The position numbers were made by a program, and so were the translations under genes. A DNA stretch of 64,000 nucleotides from a virus (taxonomy: Duplodnaviria > Caudoviricetes), in the IMG/VR virus record IMGVR_UViG_3300033463_000114, positions 451 through 64,450 of that record. One strand, given 5' to 3'. Shown here piece after piece: positions 1-8,692 of the stretch. Each line of letters starts with the position of its first letter. Position 1 is the first letter of the stretch. The notes beneath the pieces were generated by a model that saw only the letters and a program-made list of their open reading frames with translations, made no database searches and was not told the origin of the DNA.

Positions 1-327
1 GGCAAGGGCGTTTTTGGCAAGCGATAGCGGTGTAAAGGCTTGTCTGTTTTACCCAAAAACTTGCATAGCAGTATGTACGGCGTGATATGCGCGTTTAGTG
101 TTCGCGTTGCCGTCTCATGCTTTAATTAAAATGAACACTTGCAAGCGGTATGTGATAACGCGCTAGAGGCGCATGAACGGGTCTAGCATAGACTCGGCGC
201 GGACGGTGAAAGAGGAAACAAAGCGACCTCGGGAGGAACATACCGCACAGAGACAAAAATCTTTCAATTCCTCTTGTTTTCCGATTTACCCTTTGCGGTA
301 TGTCGGAGGTTAGACATACCGCCGTTG

Positions 328-357
328 CAAGTGGCAAATGGGAACACTTGCCACTTG
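328..357. promoter_or_regulatory. Inverted pair of 13-bp boxes (CAAGTGGCAAATG), putative operator
   Basis: Perfect 16-bp inverted repeat 322-337/348-363. The same box recurs twice at 11032-11061. Confidence 0.55.
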
Positions 358-422
358 CAACGGAATAACGGCACGCAGTGTGCCGTTGCCGTAAACAAGA
401 AAACAAGAAACGGAGTAAAAAA

Positions 423-1001
423 ATGAACATGAATGACATTACGAAAGTCACCATTTGGAACGCCTCGGTGAGTCTGAACAAGGACACCGGGAAATTTGAG
501 GCGACCGGAAAGAATCAGTGGCAGATTGCGGTCTTCACGAAAGACGGCAACATGACGCTCGCAAAGTTTTTGGTCGGCATGGACGGTGACAAGGAGCTTA
601 AAAAGTACGCTGGGGTCTTCAACCACAACAAGGCGGTCGTGCTGGCAAAGCAGTTTGCCGACAAGTACGACCTCAAGGCGGCCGAAAAGACGGTGGTGGA
701 GCATTACGCGGCGTGCCTCCCCGAGTATGAAAAGGCCGAGGCCGAGGCCGCGCAGGCGAAGGCCGAGAAGAAGGCGAGGAAGGCGAAAGAGAAGGCGGAG
801 AAGGCGTTTGCCGAGGCTTATCCCGAGATGGCGGCGACGCTGGGCATTGAAAAGGCGGTAAGGAACGCGAAGGCGATCAAGAGCGCGAACGAGGATTTCA
901 ACACGGTCGTGGAGAAGATGGGCGAAGTCACCGACGCGCTGAAGGCGAAGCTCGTGTCCAGCATGGCGGGGCTTGAGGAGGCGATGAAGGCGGTCGCGTA
1001 A
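423..1001 (+). CDS. Early phage protein, Ala/Lys/Glu-rich coiled-coil C-terminus
   Basis: ATG 423 after A-rich leader with CGGAG; coherent codon usage. Confidence 0.75.
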   Translation: MNMNDITKVTIWNASVSLNKDTGKFEATGKNQWQIAVFTKDGNMTLAKFLVGMDGDKELKKYAGVFNHNKAVVLAKQFADKYDLKAAEKTVVEHYAACLPEYEKAEAEAAQAKAEKKARKAKEKAEKAFAEAYPEMAATLGIEKAVRNAKAIKSANEDFNTVVEKMGEVTDALKAKLVSSMAGLEEAMKAVA

Positions 1002-1015
1002 GGCGGGGGCGAGAG

Positions 1016-1085
1016 GCATGAGCCACAATGACGGGCGGCAGGTTTCGGCTTGCCGCCCGTCTTGTGTCCCATGACGGGATGCAGG
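1016..1085 (+). ncRNA. Structured RNA motif copy A (unknown family)
   Basis: 18-bp hairpin followed by UCCC-N5-GGGA-UGC; same layout at 5846-5924. Confidence 0.4.
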
Positions 1086-1105
1086 AAAAAGAAACGGAGA
1101 GAGAC

Positions 1106-1285
1106 ATGACAAGACTTGAGAAGATTGCGCGGCGCCAGTTGAGGCGCGCGACCGAATACCGCAAGGCGGGCGACCGGGAAGGCGCAGACTTTGCGATGTA
1201 CTGGTACGAGCGGACGGCACGGTGGATCAGCCGTGCAATTGACGCGGCGTTCGCGCCGTCGCCCTTAGCGGAGGCGTTCGCATGA
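1106..1285 (+). CDS. Hypothetical early protein (59 aa)
   Basis: RBS GGAG, ATG 1106; ATGA overlap with next gene. Confidence 0.65.
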   Translation: MTRLEKIARRQLRRATEYRKAGDREGADFAMYWYERTARWISRAIDAAFAPSPLAEAFA

Positions 1286-1440
1286 GCGCGGCGGCGGGCA
1301 AGCGAGGCTGGTGGGTTACTACCCACGTCAGCGTGGAGTACACCGTGGCCGAAAGCGCGGCGAAGGCGGTGGCCAACGTCAAGTGGCGCATCGGCTGGCA
1401 TGGTCGGACAGACGGATGGGAAGTCAGGGAGGCGACATGA
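1282..1440 (+). CDS. Small early protein (52 aa), paralog of 10413 and 27053 products
   Basis: Manual translation MSAAAGKRGWWVTTHVSVEYTVAESAAKAVANVKWRIG...WEVREAT; translationally coupled. Confidence 0.6.
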   Translation: MSAAAGKRGWWVTTHVSVEYTVAESAAKAVANVKWRIGWHGRTDGWEVREAT

Positions 1441-1523
1441 AAGCGAGCGACATTGTTTTCGGCGTGGTCGGGACGATCGCGTGGTTCCTGCTGGCCATGT
1501 GGCTTCACGACATTCTGACGTGA
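1437..1523 (+). CDS. 28-aa single-TM peptide
   Basis: MKASDIVFGVVGTIAWFLLAMWLHDILT; GGAGG RBS, ATGA overlap. Confidence 0.5.
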   Translation: MKASDIVFGVVGTIAWFLLAMWLHDILT

Positions 1524-1530
1524 GGCCGGC

Positions 1531-1704
1531 ATGGGCGGATGGACTGGCAAGATGAAATTGTGGGCGGGACTGCTTGCGGCGGTTCCGCCATTCGCATTGG
1601 GCTGGGCGTGGGCGGATAGCGAAATCTGCGCGTGGGCGGCCCTAGGAGCGTCACTTGGGGCGTTTGGCGTAGGCGTATGGATTATGTTCACGGAGCGATT
1701 ATAG
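1531..1704 (+). CDS. 57-aa two-TM membrane protein
   Basis: Manual translation MGGWTGKMKLWAGLLAAVPPFALGWAW...WIMFTERL; GAGG upstream. Confidence 0.45.
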   Translation: MGGWTGKMKLWAGLLAAVPPFALGWAWADSEICAWAALGASLGAFGVGVWIMFTERL

Positions 1705-1845
1705 GGGCGTTTAAGGCGGCTTCCCGTGCATTTGGGCGCGGGAGGCCGCGGACGGGCGGGTCTGCGGGTCGGTTTGGCCCGGCGGCTCGCCCGTTCGCGC
1801 CGCACTGTGCGGGGCGAATAACCAAAAACAGAAAGGAAACAAAAG

Positions 1846-2166
1846 ATGAAAGTTAGCAAGAACGCAGAGCACAACAGCATTGAACTGGACTTTGAGGGCG
1901 CGAAGCCGTCCGAACAGCTCCGTACGCTCATCAAGGCTTACGGGTTCTGGTGGTTCCAGAAGGGCAAGGTGTGGGTGCACGGCCTCGAGGGGCTTGAGCA
2001 GTCCGACGTGGACTTCTTCAACGAGTTCGTTGAGAAGCGCGTGAAGCCGCTCGCCTCCGCGTCGGCCACGGCCACGGTCGCGCCGACGGTTGAGTCGGTG
2101 ACGGCTGCTGCGGCGTCCATGAGCGAGGAGGACAAGCAGAAGCTCCTCGCCGCGCTGATGAAGTAA
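1846..2166 (+). CDS. Early protein with IELxF..KP..LR..IK.YGFWW motif (common in mobile-element early/polyvalent proteins)
   Basis: AGAAAGGA RBS; motif resemblance from memory. Confidence 0.7.
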   Translation: MKVSKNAEHNSIELDFEGAKPSEQLRTLIKAYGFWWFQKGKVWVHGLEGLEQSDVDFFNEFVEKRVKPLASASATATVAPTVESVTAAAASMSEEDKQKLLAALMK

Positions 2167-2261
2167 GCGTGGTCGGTTGACTTTGCAAGGGCGGGCACGT
2201 TGCGTGTGGCGTGTCCGCCCTTCTGCAACACACGAACAAACGCAGAGAAAGGAAACGAAGG

Positions 2262-3668
2262 ATGAGAGCAACTAAGAAGCACGCGATCGAGATTCTGCGC
2301 GAGCAGGGCGCGAAGGTGTGCAGGGAGGCCGGCGTGAAGCTGTCGGCGAGGCCGAACAAGGCCGAGCTGGAGCAGATCGTGGTCGGCACGTTCCCGGCGC
2401 GCGTCGTGTCTGCGAAGTCGTTTGCGGCGCAAAAGGTCGTGGAGCACATGCCGAGTGCGGGTCACGTGTGCATGTGCTGCGGCAAGGCGATCGCCGCCGG
2501 AGACGGCGCGGTCATCGTGTCGCTGAACACGCCGGGCGGGCAGGTCTTCAAGACGGTCTGCCCCGTCTGCTTTGCCGAGGTCATCGGCATTGCGAAGCCG
2601 GCGGCGACGCCCGCGACGACGCCGGCACCTGCAACGCCCACGCCTCCCGCGACGGCGGCAACGCCTCCCGCGACGCCTGCGACGTCCGAGTTGGGCGAGG
2701 CCCTGGACGCGCTGAAGAGCGCGATCCCGGCGAAACAGACGACGACGCCGACGACCGAGCAGGTCAAGGCGGAGGCGGTTGCGGTTGCGGAGGCCGTGCA
2801 GTCCGCGAAGGACGGCGGCAGGCCTGCGGCGCCCGTGAAGACGGACGATGGCAAGCAGAAGCCGAAGGCCGTGAAGGACGGCGTTGCGGTTGCCGAGAAG
2901 GCCGCGAGCTGGAAGGCGACTGCGACGCCCGCCGCGATGGATGCGGTTGACAAGCTCAACAAGTTCTTGAGCGAGTTTTCGTACTTCCGCGACGGCGTGT
3001 CCATGCGCCTCGTCAACACGTTCGCAAGGGCGAAGACGCCGAAGGCGAAAGCCGAGGTGCTGGAGTCTTACGCAACCGTGTCGGCGATGGAGGACAAGCC
3101 GGAGCTCGTGGAGAAGATGAAGTCTCCCGAGTTCGAGGCCGTGTGCGACGCGTTCAGTTCGCTTGGCGTGTCGCCGAAGTCCATCAACAAGCGGTTCGCC
3201 GTTTTCTACGGTTCGCCGGGCGGCGGCAAGACGTACTCCGCCGTGGAGGCGTGCAAGGAGATGAACGGCGACGGCGAGTGCGAGACCGTCCCGTGTTCGT
3301 CTGGAATGGACGCGGCGGACATGCTGTATTCGTATTTCATCGAGTTCGACACCAACAAGAAGGGCTACGTCCCGACTGGCTTGCTGAACGCGATGCTGGC
3401 CGGACGCGGCGTGGTGCTGGACGAGATCAACCTCCTGCCGATGGACGCGAGGATGTTCCTCCAGAACATTTTGGACAACAAATCCAAGGTGTCCGTGATG
3501 GGGACCGAAATCCCGATCCGAGACGGGTTTTTCGTGTTCGGCACGATGAACGTGGAGACCGGCGCCGGCACGCAGCCGCTGCCCCTGCCCCTTGTTGACC
3601 GCGCGGCGGTCGTCAAGGAGTTCAAGGCGACGCTTGCGCAGAGCGCGGTCGGCGCCGGGCTGTGCTGA
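2262..3668 (+). CDS. MoxR/CobS-like AAA+ ATPase with N-terminal Zn ribbon and Pro/Thr/Ala linker
   Basis: Walker A GSPGGGKT, Walker B VVLDEIN, sensor GTMN, LVDR; CMCC...CPVC. Confidence 0.85.
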   Translation: MRATKKHAIEILREQGAKVCREAGVKLSARPNKAELEQIVVGTFPARVVSAKSFAAQKVVEHMPSAGHVCMCCGKAIAAGDGAVIVSLNTPGGQVFKTVCPVCFAEVIGIAKPAATPATTPAPATPTPPATAATPPATPATSELGEALDALKSAIPAKQTTTPTTEQVKAEAVAVAEAVQSAKDGGRPAAPVKTDDGKQKPKAVKDGVAVAEKAASWKATATPAAMDAVDKLNKFLSEFSYFRDGVSMRLVNTFARAKTPKAKAEVLESYATVSAMEDKPELVEKMKSPEFEAVCDAFSSLGVSPKSINKRFAVFYGSPGGGKTYSAVEACKEMNGDGECETVPCSSGMDAADMLYSYFIEFDTNKKGYVPTGLLNAMLAGRGVVLDEINLLPMDARMFLQNILDNKSKVSVMGTEIPIRDGFFVFGTMNVETGAGTQPLPLPLVDRAAVVKEFKATLAQSAVGAGLC

Positions 3669-3807
3669 CACGCCTCGCATCGCAAGGGAAGTCACGAAAG
3701 TTCCGGGAGACTGGTTCGCCAGCCTCCCCGGACTAGCGCACCGACGGATAGCCGGTCCGCTAGCCCGCGAAGCTGAAGCCCCGCGTGGGGCTTGCGGAGC
3801 GGAGGAA

Positions 3808-5835
3808 ATGGAAACGAAAGAGAGGTTAGATGAAATGAAACTGAACCTGGAAGAGATGCGGGAGATCGCCCGCACTCTGCCGATCGGGTACTACCTTGGA
3901 CGCAAGGTGCCCGTGTTCGTGGAGGACGACAACCGCGCATACTGCGATGTCATAAAAGGCGACGTCCACATCGGCGTGGGGCTCTTGCAGACTGCGGCGG
4001 ACCACATCGACGCGACTGACGCGGCGGAATGGGACCGCGAGACGCTTCTGCGGTGCCTGCTGTACCACGAAATCGGGCATCTACTCCTGACGCCGAAGTG
4101 GTACAAGGTGATCAGGGTCAAGAACGCCAACGGCAACAGCTACCGCGAGGAAAAGTCGAACACGATCCTCAACATCTTCGAGGACGAGCGGCTTGAGCGC
4201 ATATTGTCTAAGTATTTCATGGGGGTGAAGTTCAGAAAGTTCGTCAAGCTTGTCTGCAAGGGCGAGGGCGGCGGACGGAAGGACGACATCGCCAAGATAT
4301 ACCGGGCGATACGCCTCCGCGACGCGCCGAAAGACGTGTCGGATGCGGTTGACGAGGCGATCAAAAACCTCGCGTACATCATTTCGGTGACTGACGAGTG
4401 GGGCTTCAACCCGGATGGCAGGTACGTTTACAACATGGGGCTGTACTCCAAAGAGGTCAATGACCTTGTGGCGAAGATACTGGATTCCAAGGAGGAGTCC
4501 GGCGGCGGGCAGTCGCAGCAGTCGCAGGGGCGGTCGCAAGCGCAGTCGCAGGGGCAGTCCGAGCAGGAGCAATCCAAGCAGGACAGTCCCGAACAGCCCG
4601 CGCCGAAGGAGCAGTCCGAACAGGAGAAGCCCGACGGCGAGCAGAAAGACGAGCAGAAGGACGACAAGTCCGATGGCGAGTCCGATGACAAGCCCGACGC
4701 AGAGGATGATTCCAAAGCGGAGGAAAACTCCGGCGGCGATGGCGACGGCGACGACGGCAGCGACGGCGAGTCCGACAAGCCCGACGAAGAAGATTCCGAG
4801 GGCGACGAGGGCGACGGCGACGCTGACGGCGACGGCGAAAGTGAGTCCGACGGCGACGGCGACCAAGGCGACGGCGACCAAGGCGAGTCCGAAGAGTCCG
4901 ACGAGGATTCTGACGGCGGAGCAGATGGCGACGGCGGCGACGATGCCGACGATGCGGGCGGTGACAATGCCGACGGCGGCGTTGACGGCGACGCCGGTGA
5001 AGATGAATCTTCAGACGGCGACGCGACGGGCGACGATGCGGATGCGATCGACGCGGAGGATGCGGAAGATGCGGACGGCAAGACGGCGTGCGCCGTGAGC
5101 GGCGTGCTGACGCTTCCGCCGGAATACTTGAAGGAGGTCGCGGACAAGGTGTTCGCGACGCCGACAAGCGAAATCGAGAACGTCCTCCGCAGGTTCGCGC
5201 AGCGGATCGCGAAGCAGAAGGGAGCGCAGGCCGCCGGTCGGTGGTCCGCGCTGACCGGGCGCATCGACCCGAGGCGAGACGCGCAGGACAAGGACCGCAT
5301 CTTCCGCAGGAGCAGCGACGTCGGCGACGCAATCAACACCGCCGTACATCTCACCCTGTGGGTGGACACGAGCGGGTCGTTCTGCCGAAGCGTCCCGTTG
5401 CTGAACCAAATCCTCGCCGCGACGTACCGCGCGATGAAGATGAGCGGCGGCAAGCTGGACGTGGACGTGGTGAAGATGAACTACTTCGCCACGGTCGCAA
5501 GCACGAACGACTGGCAGATAGTGGCGCACGGAGGCAACAACATCAACCACACGTACGTCGACGCGTGGCGCAAGACCCGCAAGAAGAACAAGCGCAACAT
5601 CGACGTCGTTGTGTTCGACGGCGAGGCGTGCGGCTACTACGGGAACGCAACAAAGTTGTACATCGACGAAATCGTAAAGCAGATATGGGATAATCCCGAC
5701 TGCCACCTCGTCGTTGACCACACCAACGGCGATTGGACGGGCAAGTTGAAGCGGGCGCACGTTACGCTGTTGACAGGCAACTACGCGGAGAGCCTGCAAG
5801 CCGAGGTGATAAAGCTGCTGGACAGGATTCTGTGA
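3808..5835 (+). CDS. CobT-like vWA protein: HExxH metallopeptidase-like N-terminus, acidic linker, vWA C-terminus
   Basis: LYHEIGH, FEDERLE; ~200-aa D/E/G/S tract; MIDAS-like DTSGS and VVFDGE; adjacent to AAA+ gene. Confidence 0.85.
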   Translation: METKERLDEMKLNLEEMREIARTLPIGYYLGRKVPVFVEDDNRAYCDVIKGDVHIGVGLLQTAADHIDATDAAEWDRETLLRCLLYHEIGHLLLTPKWYKVIRVKNANGNSYREEKSNTILNIFEDERLERILSKYFMGVKFRKFVKLVCKGEGGGRKDDIAKIYRAIRLRDAPKDVSDAVDEAIKNLAYIISVTDEWGFNPDGRYVYNMGLYSKEVNDLVAKILDSKEESGGGQSQQSQGRSQAQSQGQSEQEQSKQDSPEQPAPKEQSEQEKPDGEQKDEQKDDKSDGESDDKPDAEDDSKAEENSGGDGDGDDGSDGESDKPDEEDSEGDEGDGDADGDGESESDGDGDQGDGDQGESEESDEDSDGGADGDGGDDADDAGGDNADGGVDGDAGEDESSDGDATGDDADAIDAEDAEDADGKTACAVSGVLTLPPEYLKEVADKVFATPTSEIENVLRRFAQRIAKQKGAQAAGRWSALTGRIDPRRDAQDKDRIFRRSSDVGDAINTAVHLTLWVDTSGSFCRSVPLLNQILAATYRAMKMSGGKLDVDVVKMNYFATVASTNDWQIVAHGGNNINHTYVDAWRKTRKKNKRNIDVVVFDGEACGYYGNATKLYIDEIVKQIWDNPDCHLVVDHTNGDWTGKLKRAHVTLLTGNYAESLQAEVIKLLDRIL

Positions 5836-5845
5836 GGCTAGGGTT

Positions 5846-5924
5846 TGAGACCGTGACACGGCGGGCACGGCGCGTGTTGAGCGTGCCGCGCCCGCCGCAT
5901 CACGTCCCAATTCCGGGATGCGGG
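5846..5924 (+). ncRNA. Structured RNA motif copy B (unknown family)
   Basis: Long hairpin then UCCC-N6-GGGA-UGC, as at 1016-1085. Confidence 0.4.
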
Positions 5925-5944
5925 AAACAGAAAGGACAAAGAGA

Positions 5945-6283
5945 ATGAAAGCGAAAGCGAAAGCGAAGAAGAAGCGGACGAAGTTCGTGGTGGCGTGGGC
6001 CGAGTACCTCGTGAATGAGCATAAGGACCAGCTCGGGTGCGGCGCGTTCCGCAGGACGTTTGACACTGCGGAAGGTGCGCACAGGGCAATCATGGATTCA
6101 ATCTACAACGACACACGGATATATCTTCAACAGCAGGTTGACGCGGAAATCATTGATCCAATCAAGGACGGCGACGTCGACGAGGTTGTCCGAGACGGGC
6201 TTTGGTACGACGATGTTGACCTCGTGAAGTTCACGACGCGCGACATCGAGTACGTGTATTGCGTACAGGAAATCGAGGTCTGA
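5945..6283 (+). CDS. Hypothetical early protein
   Basis: AGAAAGGA RBS, ATG 5945. Confidence 0.7.
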   Translation: MKAKAKAKKKRTKFVVAWAEYLVNEHKDQLGCGAFRRTFDTAEGAHRAIMDSIYNDTRIYLQQQVDAEIIDPIKDGDVDEVVRDGLWYDDVDLVKFTTRDIEYVYCVQEIEV

Positions 6284-6296
6284 AAGGAGGCAACCC

Positions 6297-6602
6297 ATGA
6301 GCATGAGCGGACACGTGCAGACGAAGCACGAGATTGAGTACGGCGGCTCCTACTTCGGGTGGAACCAGCCCGCGGTGTACGGATGGCTCGTCGAGCACGA
6401 CGCGAACGTGTGCAGCGACGAGAACAACGTGGAGTACGCGACGGAATGGGAGATTCCGAAGTCCGACCTCCGCAAGATTCCCGAGTCAGCGTTCGACGAG
6501 ATCGACGCCGACGGGGACATCGACGCGGACGAGCTTCGGGAGTTCGTTGAGGAGCTTCTTGAAGCGCCGACGGGCGAGTACGCCTACGTGTCGTGGTTCT
6601 GA
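6297..6602 (+). CDS. Acidic hypothetical early protein
   Basis: AAAGGAGG RBS; D/E-rich. Confidence 0.75.
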   Translation: MSMSGHVQTKHEIEYGGSYFGWNQPAVYGWLVEHDANVCSDENNVEYATEWEIPKSDLRKIPESAFDEIDADGDIDADELREFVEELLEAPTGEYAYVSWF

Positions 6603-6631
6603 CAGGAAACAACAAGCGAAAGGAGACAACG

Positions 6632-6940
6632 ATGAACATTGAGATACCGAAGAACACCTACTCGGTGGATGCAGACCCTGTTATTGCCGAGACGATAAAA
6701 AAGTGTATTGCAGAACTGTCAAAGTCTGACAATGCAGATATAATTCGCCATCCTCAAAATGATTGGCACAGGAAAAACAGGACTTGCGTTGACGATGACT
6801 ACATCGGGTTTGAAGTGTGCAAGCATTTTGTCATGGCTGGTTATCATGCCGCCGTGCAATCGTACCTTGGCATTGTGCAATACTTCGCCATATCAAAGAA
6901 GCCGATAGACAAGCGTCTTGAAAGGCACATCATCGGATAA
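6632..6940 (+). CDS. Hypothetical protein, lower GC than neighbours
   Basis: AAAGGAG RBS, ATG 6632. Confidence 0.7.
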   Translation: MNIEIPKNTYSVDADPVIAETIKKCIAELSKSDNADIIRHPQNDWHRKNRTCVDDDYIGFEVCKHFVMAGYHAAVQSYLGIVQYFAISKKPIDKRLERHIIG

Positions 6941-6964
6941 CAACCAACGAAAGGAGAAGCCAAG

Positions 6965-7321
6965 ATGGCAACTGAACACATCTACACCGTGTCGTCGCAC
7001 GACGACTGCGACGCGGGACTCGACCACTGCGTAGCCGGGAGCTACCGCACGCTCGACCGCGCCGTGGAGGAGTGCGTGAACTACATCCTCGAACGGCTCG
7101 ACGCCCGCGACGACCTTGCATGGGGGATGGCGAACGACGAGAACCACGAGGATGCGGGCAAGTTCTTCGGGGACGACGAGGACGGGTACTACTGCGTCAA
7201 GGACGAGGCCGGACTGCGCGAGTACCTCCGAGACGAACTTGAGTTGCAGCGGTGCTACTACGTCTTCGACGGGCAGGACGCGTTCCACTTCGACATCGAC
7301 GAGAACGACATCGAGGACTGA
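6965..7321 (+). CDS. Highly acidic early protein
   Basis: AAAGGAG RBS; D/E-rich with aromatic residues. Confidence 0.75.
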   Translation: MATEHIYTVSSHDDCDAGLDHCVAGSYRTLDRAVEECVNYILERLDARDDLAWGMANDENHEDAGKFFGDDEDGYYCVKDEAGLREYLRDELELQRCYYVFDGQDAFHFDIDENDIED

Positions 7322-7333
7322 AAGGAGCGCGAT

Positions 7334-7738
7334 ATGGGACAATGCTACAGCGTGACCCTCAAGGCCAAGCTCAAGGACGCCGACGCGTTCGTGAGGCTGA
7401 CGAGGGAGTTCGCGAACGGCTGGTCGCAGGACTACAAGGACAAGCTGACCGGCATCAACGGCATCATCAACTTCATCGTCGGTGATGGCAGCGTGGACGT
7501 ATGCTACGAGGACGGCTGGCCCGTTTTCCGCGGCGACTTCGACGCGCCGTATTCGTGGGACGGCGTGATGTCCGAGTGGTTCGAGGACGTCGCCCCGAGC
7601 CTCGTGGACGGCAGTTCGATCGAGGTTTGGCCCGACGAGGGCAGCTGGAAGCGCACGGTCGTGGGCGGCGAGGCGTCCGAGACGGAGTGCTGGGAGTGCG
7701 ACGACGAAGAGGAGGACGGCGATGGCGACGACGAGTGA
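7334..7738 (+). CDS. Acidic early protein
   Basis: AAAGGAG RBS; acidic tail. Confidence 0.75.
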   Translation: MGQCYSVTLKAKLKDADAFVRLTREFANGWSQDYKDKLTGINGIINFIVGDGSVDVCYEDGWPVFRGDFDAPYSWDGVMSEWFEDVAPSLVDGSSIEVWPDEGSWKRTVVGGEASETECWECDDEEEDGDGDDE

Positions 7739-7750
7739 CGCAGACATGAC

Positions 7751-7833
7751 GTAGCCGAAACGGCGCGGACATCCACGGACGTCCGCGCCGTCCTGGGTAG
7801 GGCGGCAACCTTCCAGCTTGACGATGGCAAGCC
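7751..7833 (+). ncRNA. Type II hammerhead ribozyme, variant core
   Basis: GCC-GAAA, 11-bp stem III, GUC cleavage triplet (7790-7792), stem I CUGG/CCAG, core C-UUGACGA, U-GGC stem II, loop I GGC complementary to 3' GCC. Confidence 0.65.
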
Positions 7834-7866
7834 AAACGAAACAACCAACAAGAAAGGAACGCAACA

Positions 7867-8046
7867 ATGAACGAACTGGGATTCAACTACAAGCCGTACC
7901 GCCTCGGGCGGTTCTACGACATCGGCATCTACATCCGCACGCCGAGCGGCGACCGCCTGAAGATGTTCGGCGGCAGGTACGCGACGCTCTCCGAGGCGAA
8001 GGCCGTCGCAAGGCGATTCAACGAGGAAACGGGGGTGGAGGCATGA
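7867..8046 (+). CDS. Hypothetical protein (59 aa)
   Basis: Manual translation; AGAAAGGA RBS; ATGA overlap. Confidence 0.65.
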   Translation: MNELGFNYKPYRLGRFYDIGIYIRTPSGDRLKMFGGRYATLSEAKAVARRFNEETGVEA

Positions 8047-8306
8047 AAGCAAGACTGACGATAGACATTGACGCAGACGACGTTCCGGCCGTCGTCGAAC
8101 ACGCACTGTCCGACTTGCGCTGGTCGCTCTTGAACAAGGGCAGCAGCAACGAGATCGGACGCCTATGGGCTGAGGCGCAGTCAAGCGGTTGCGACATCGC
8201 GATGTGCTTGAACGCAGGCCGAGGATGGGACGCTCAGTTCGTGATGACGACGCGGCAGGACATCGGCATGGCCGTTGAGTTCGTGAAGGAAGGAGAAAAC
8301 GAATGA
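8043..8306 (+). CDS. Hypothetical protein
   Basis: Coupled start/stop on both sides. Confidence 0.65.
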   Translation: MKARLTIDIDADDVPAVVEHALSDLRWSLLNKGSSNEIGRLWAEAQSSGCDIAMCLNAGRGWDAQFVMTTRQDIGMAVEFVKEGENE

Positions 8307-8692
8307 TACTTGAAATGGAGAACCACTGCGACAAGTGCGACGCCGTGATCGAGTCCGAGTGCAAATACGACGAGTTCGTCCGCCACAGGGTCGGCCGCGT
8401 CGTCTGCCCGAACTGCGGACAGGTGAACAAGCCGTGCAACGAGTGCATGGACCATTCGGACTGCGACAACTGTCCGTATGAATCCGCTGGCATCGTTAGC
8501 AGTTTGGACGAAGCGCCGTGCGCCAATGCGATTGAGCGATACCGCCAAGGCGTCATCACCCTTGAGGAGCTGGCTACCAAGGTGAAGGCGTGGGCGAACG
8601 GCATCATCAAGGCGGTGCGCGCCGAGCGGCGCGCGATCCTCGCCGAGTTGCGCAAGGGCGAGGGCAAGAAATCGAAAGGAGCGGGCAAATGA
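8303..8692 (+). CDS. Zn-finger-rich hypothetical protein
   Basis: Four CxxC pairs. Confidence 0.7.
   Translation: MILEMENHCDKCDAVIESECKYDEFVRHRVGRVVCPNCGQVNKPCNECMDHSDCDNCPYESAGIVSSLDEAPCANAIERYRQGVITLEELATKVKAWANGIIKAVRAERRAILAELRKGEGKKSKGAGK

Noticed and set aside
1-320. Sigma70 promoters for the first early gene
   Set aside because: GCGGTATG recurs, but no hexamer pair with acceptable -35/-10 match and spacing could be fixed
1016-1085. Twister ribozyme suggested by GUCCCA
   Set aside because: Lacks the UAA cleavage loop, GUCCCAAGC continuation and pseudoknot partners
3685-3797. Second hammerhead ribozyme
   Set aside because: GAAA and a stem ending in CUA are present, but no CUGANGA core follows stem I
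3592-3807. Frameshift fusion of the AAA+ and vWA genes
   Set aside because: The upstream extension of the vWA ORF reads as non-protein-like, no slippery site was seen, and there is a strong RBS at 3801
2262-5835. Cobalamin biosynthesis (CobS/CobT) function
   Set aside because: Only the generic AAA+/vWA architecture is shared; no other cob genes, and phage early context
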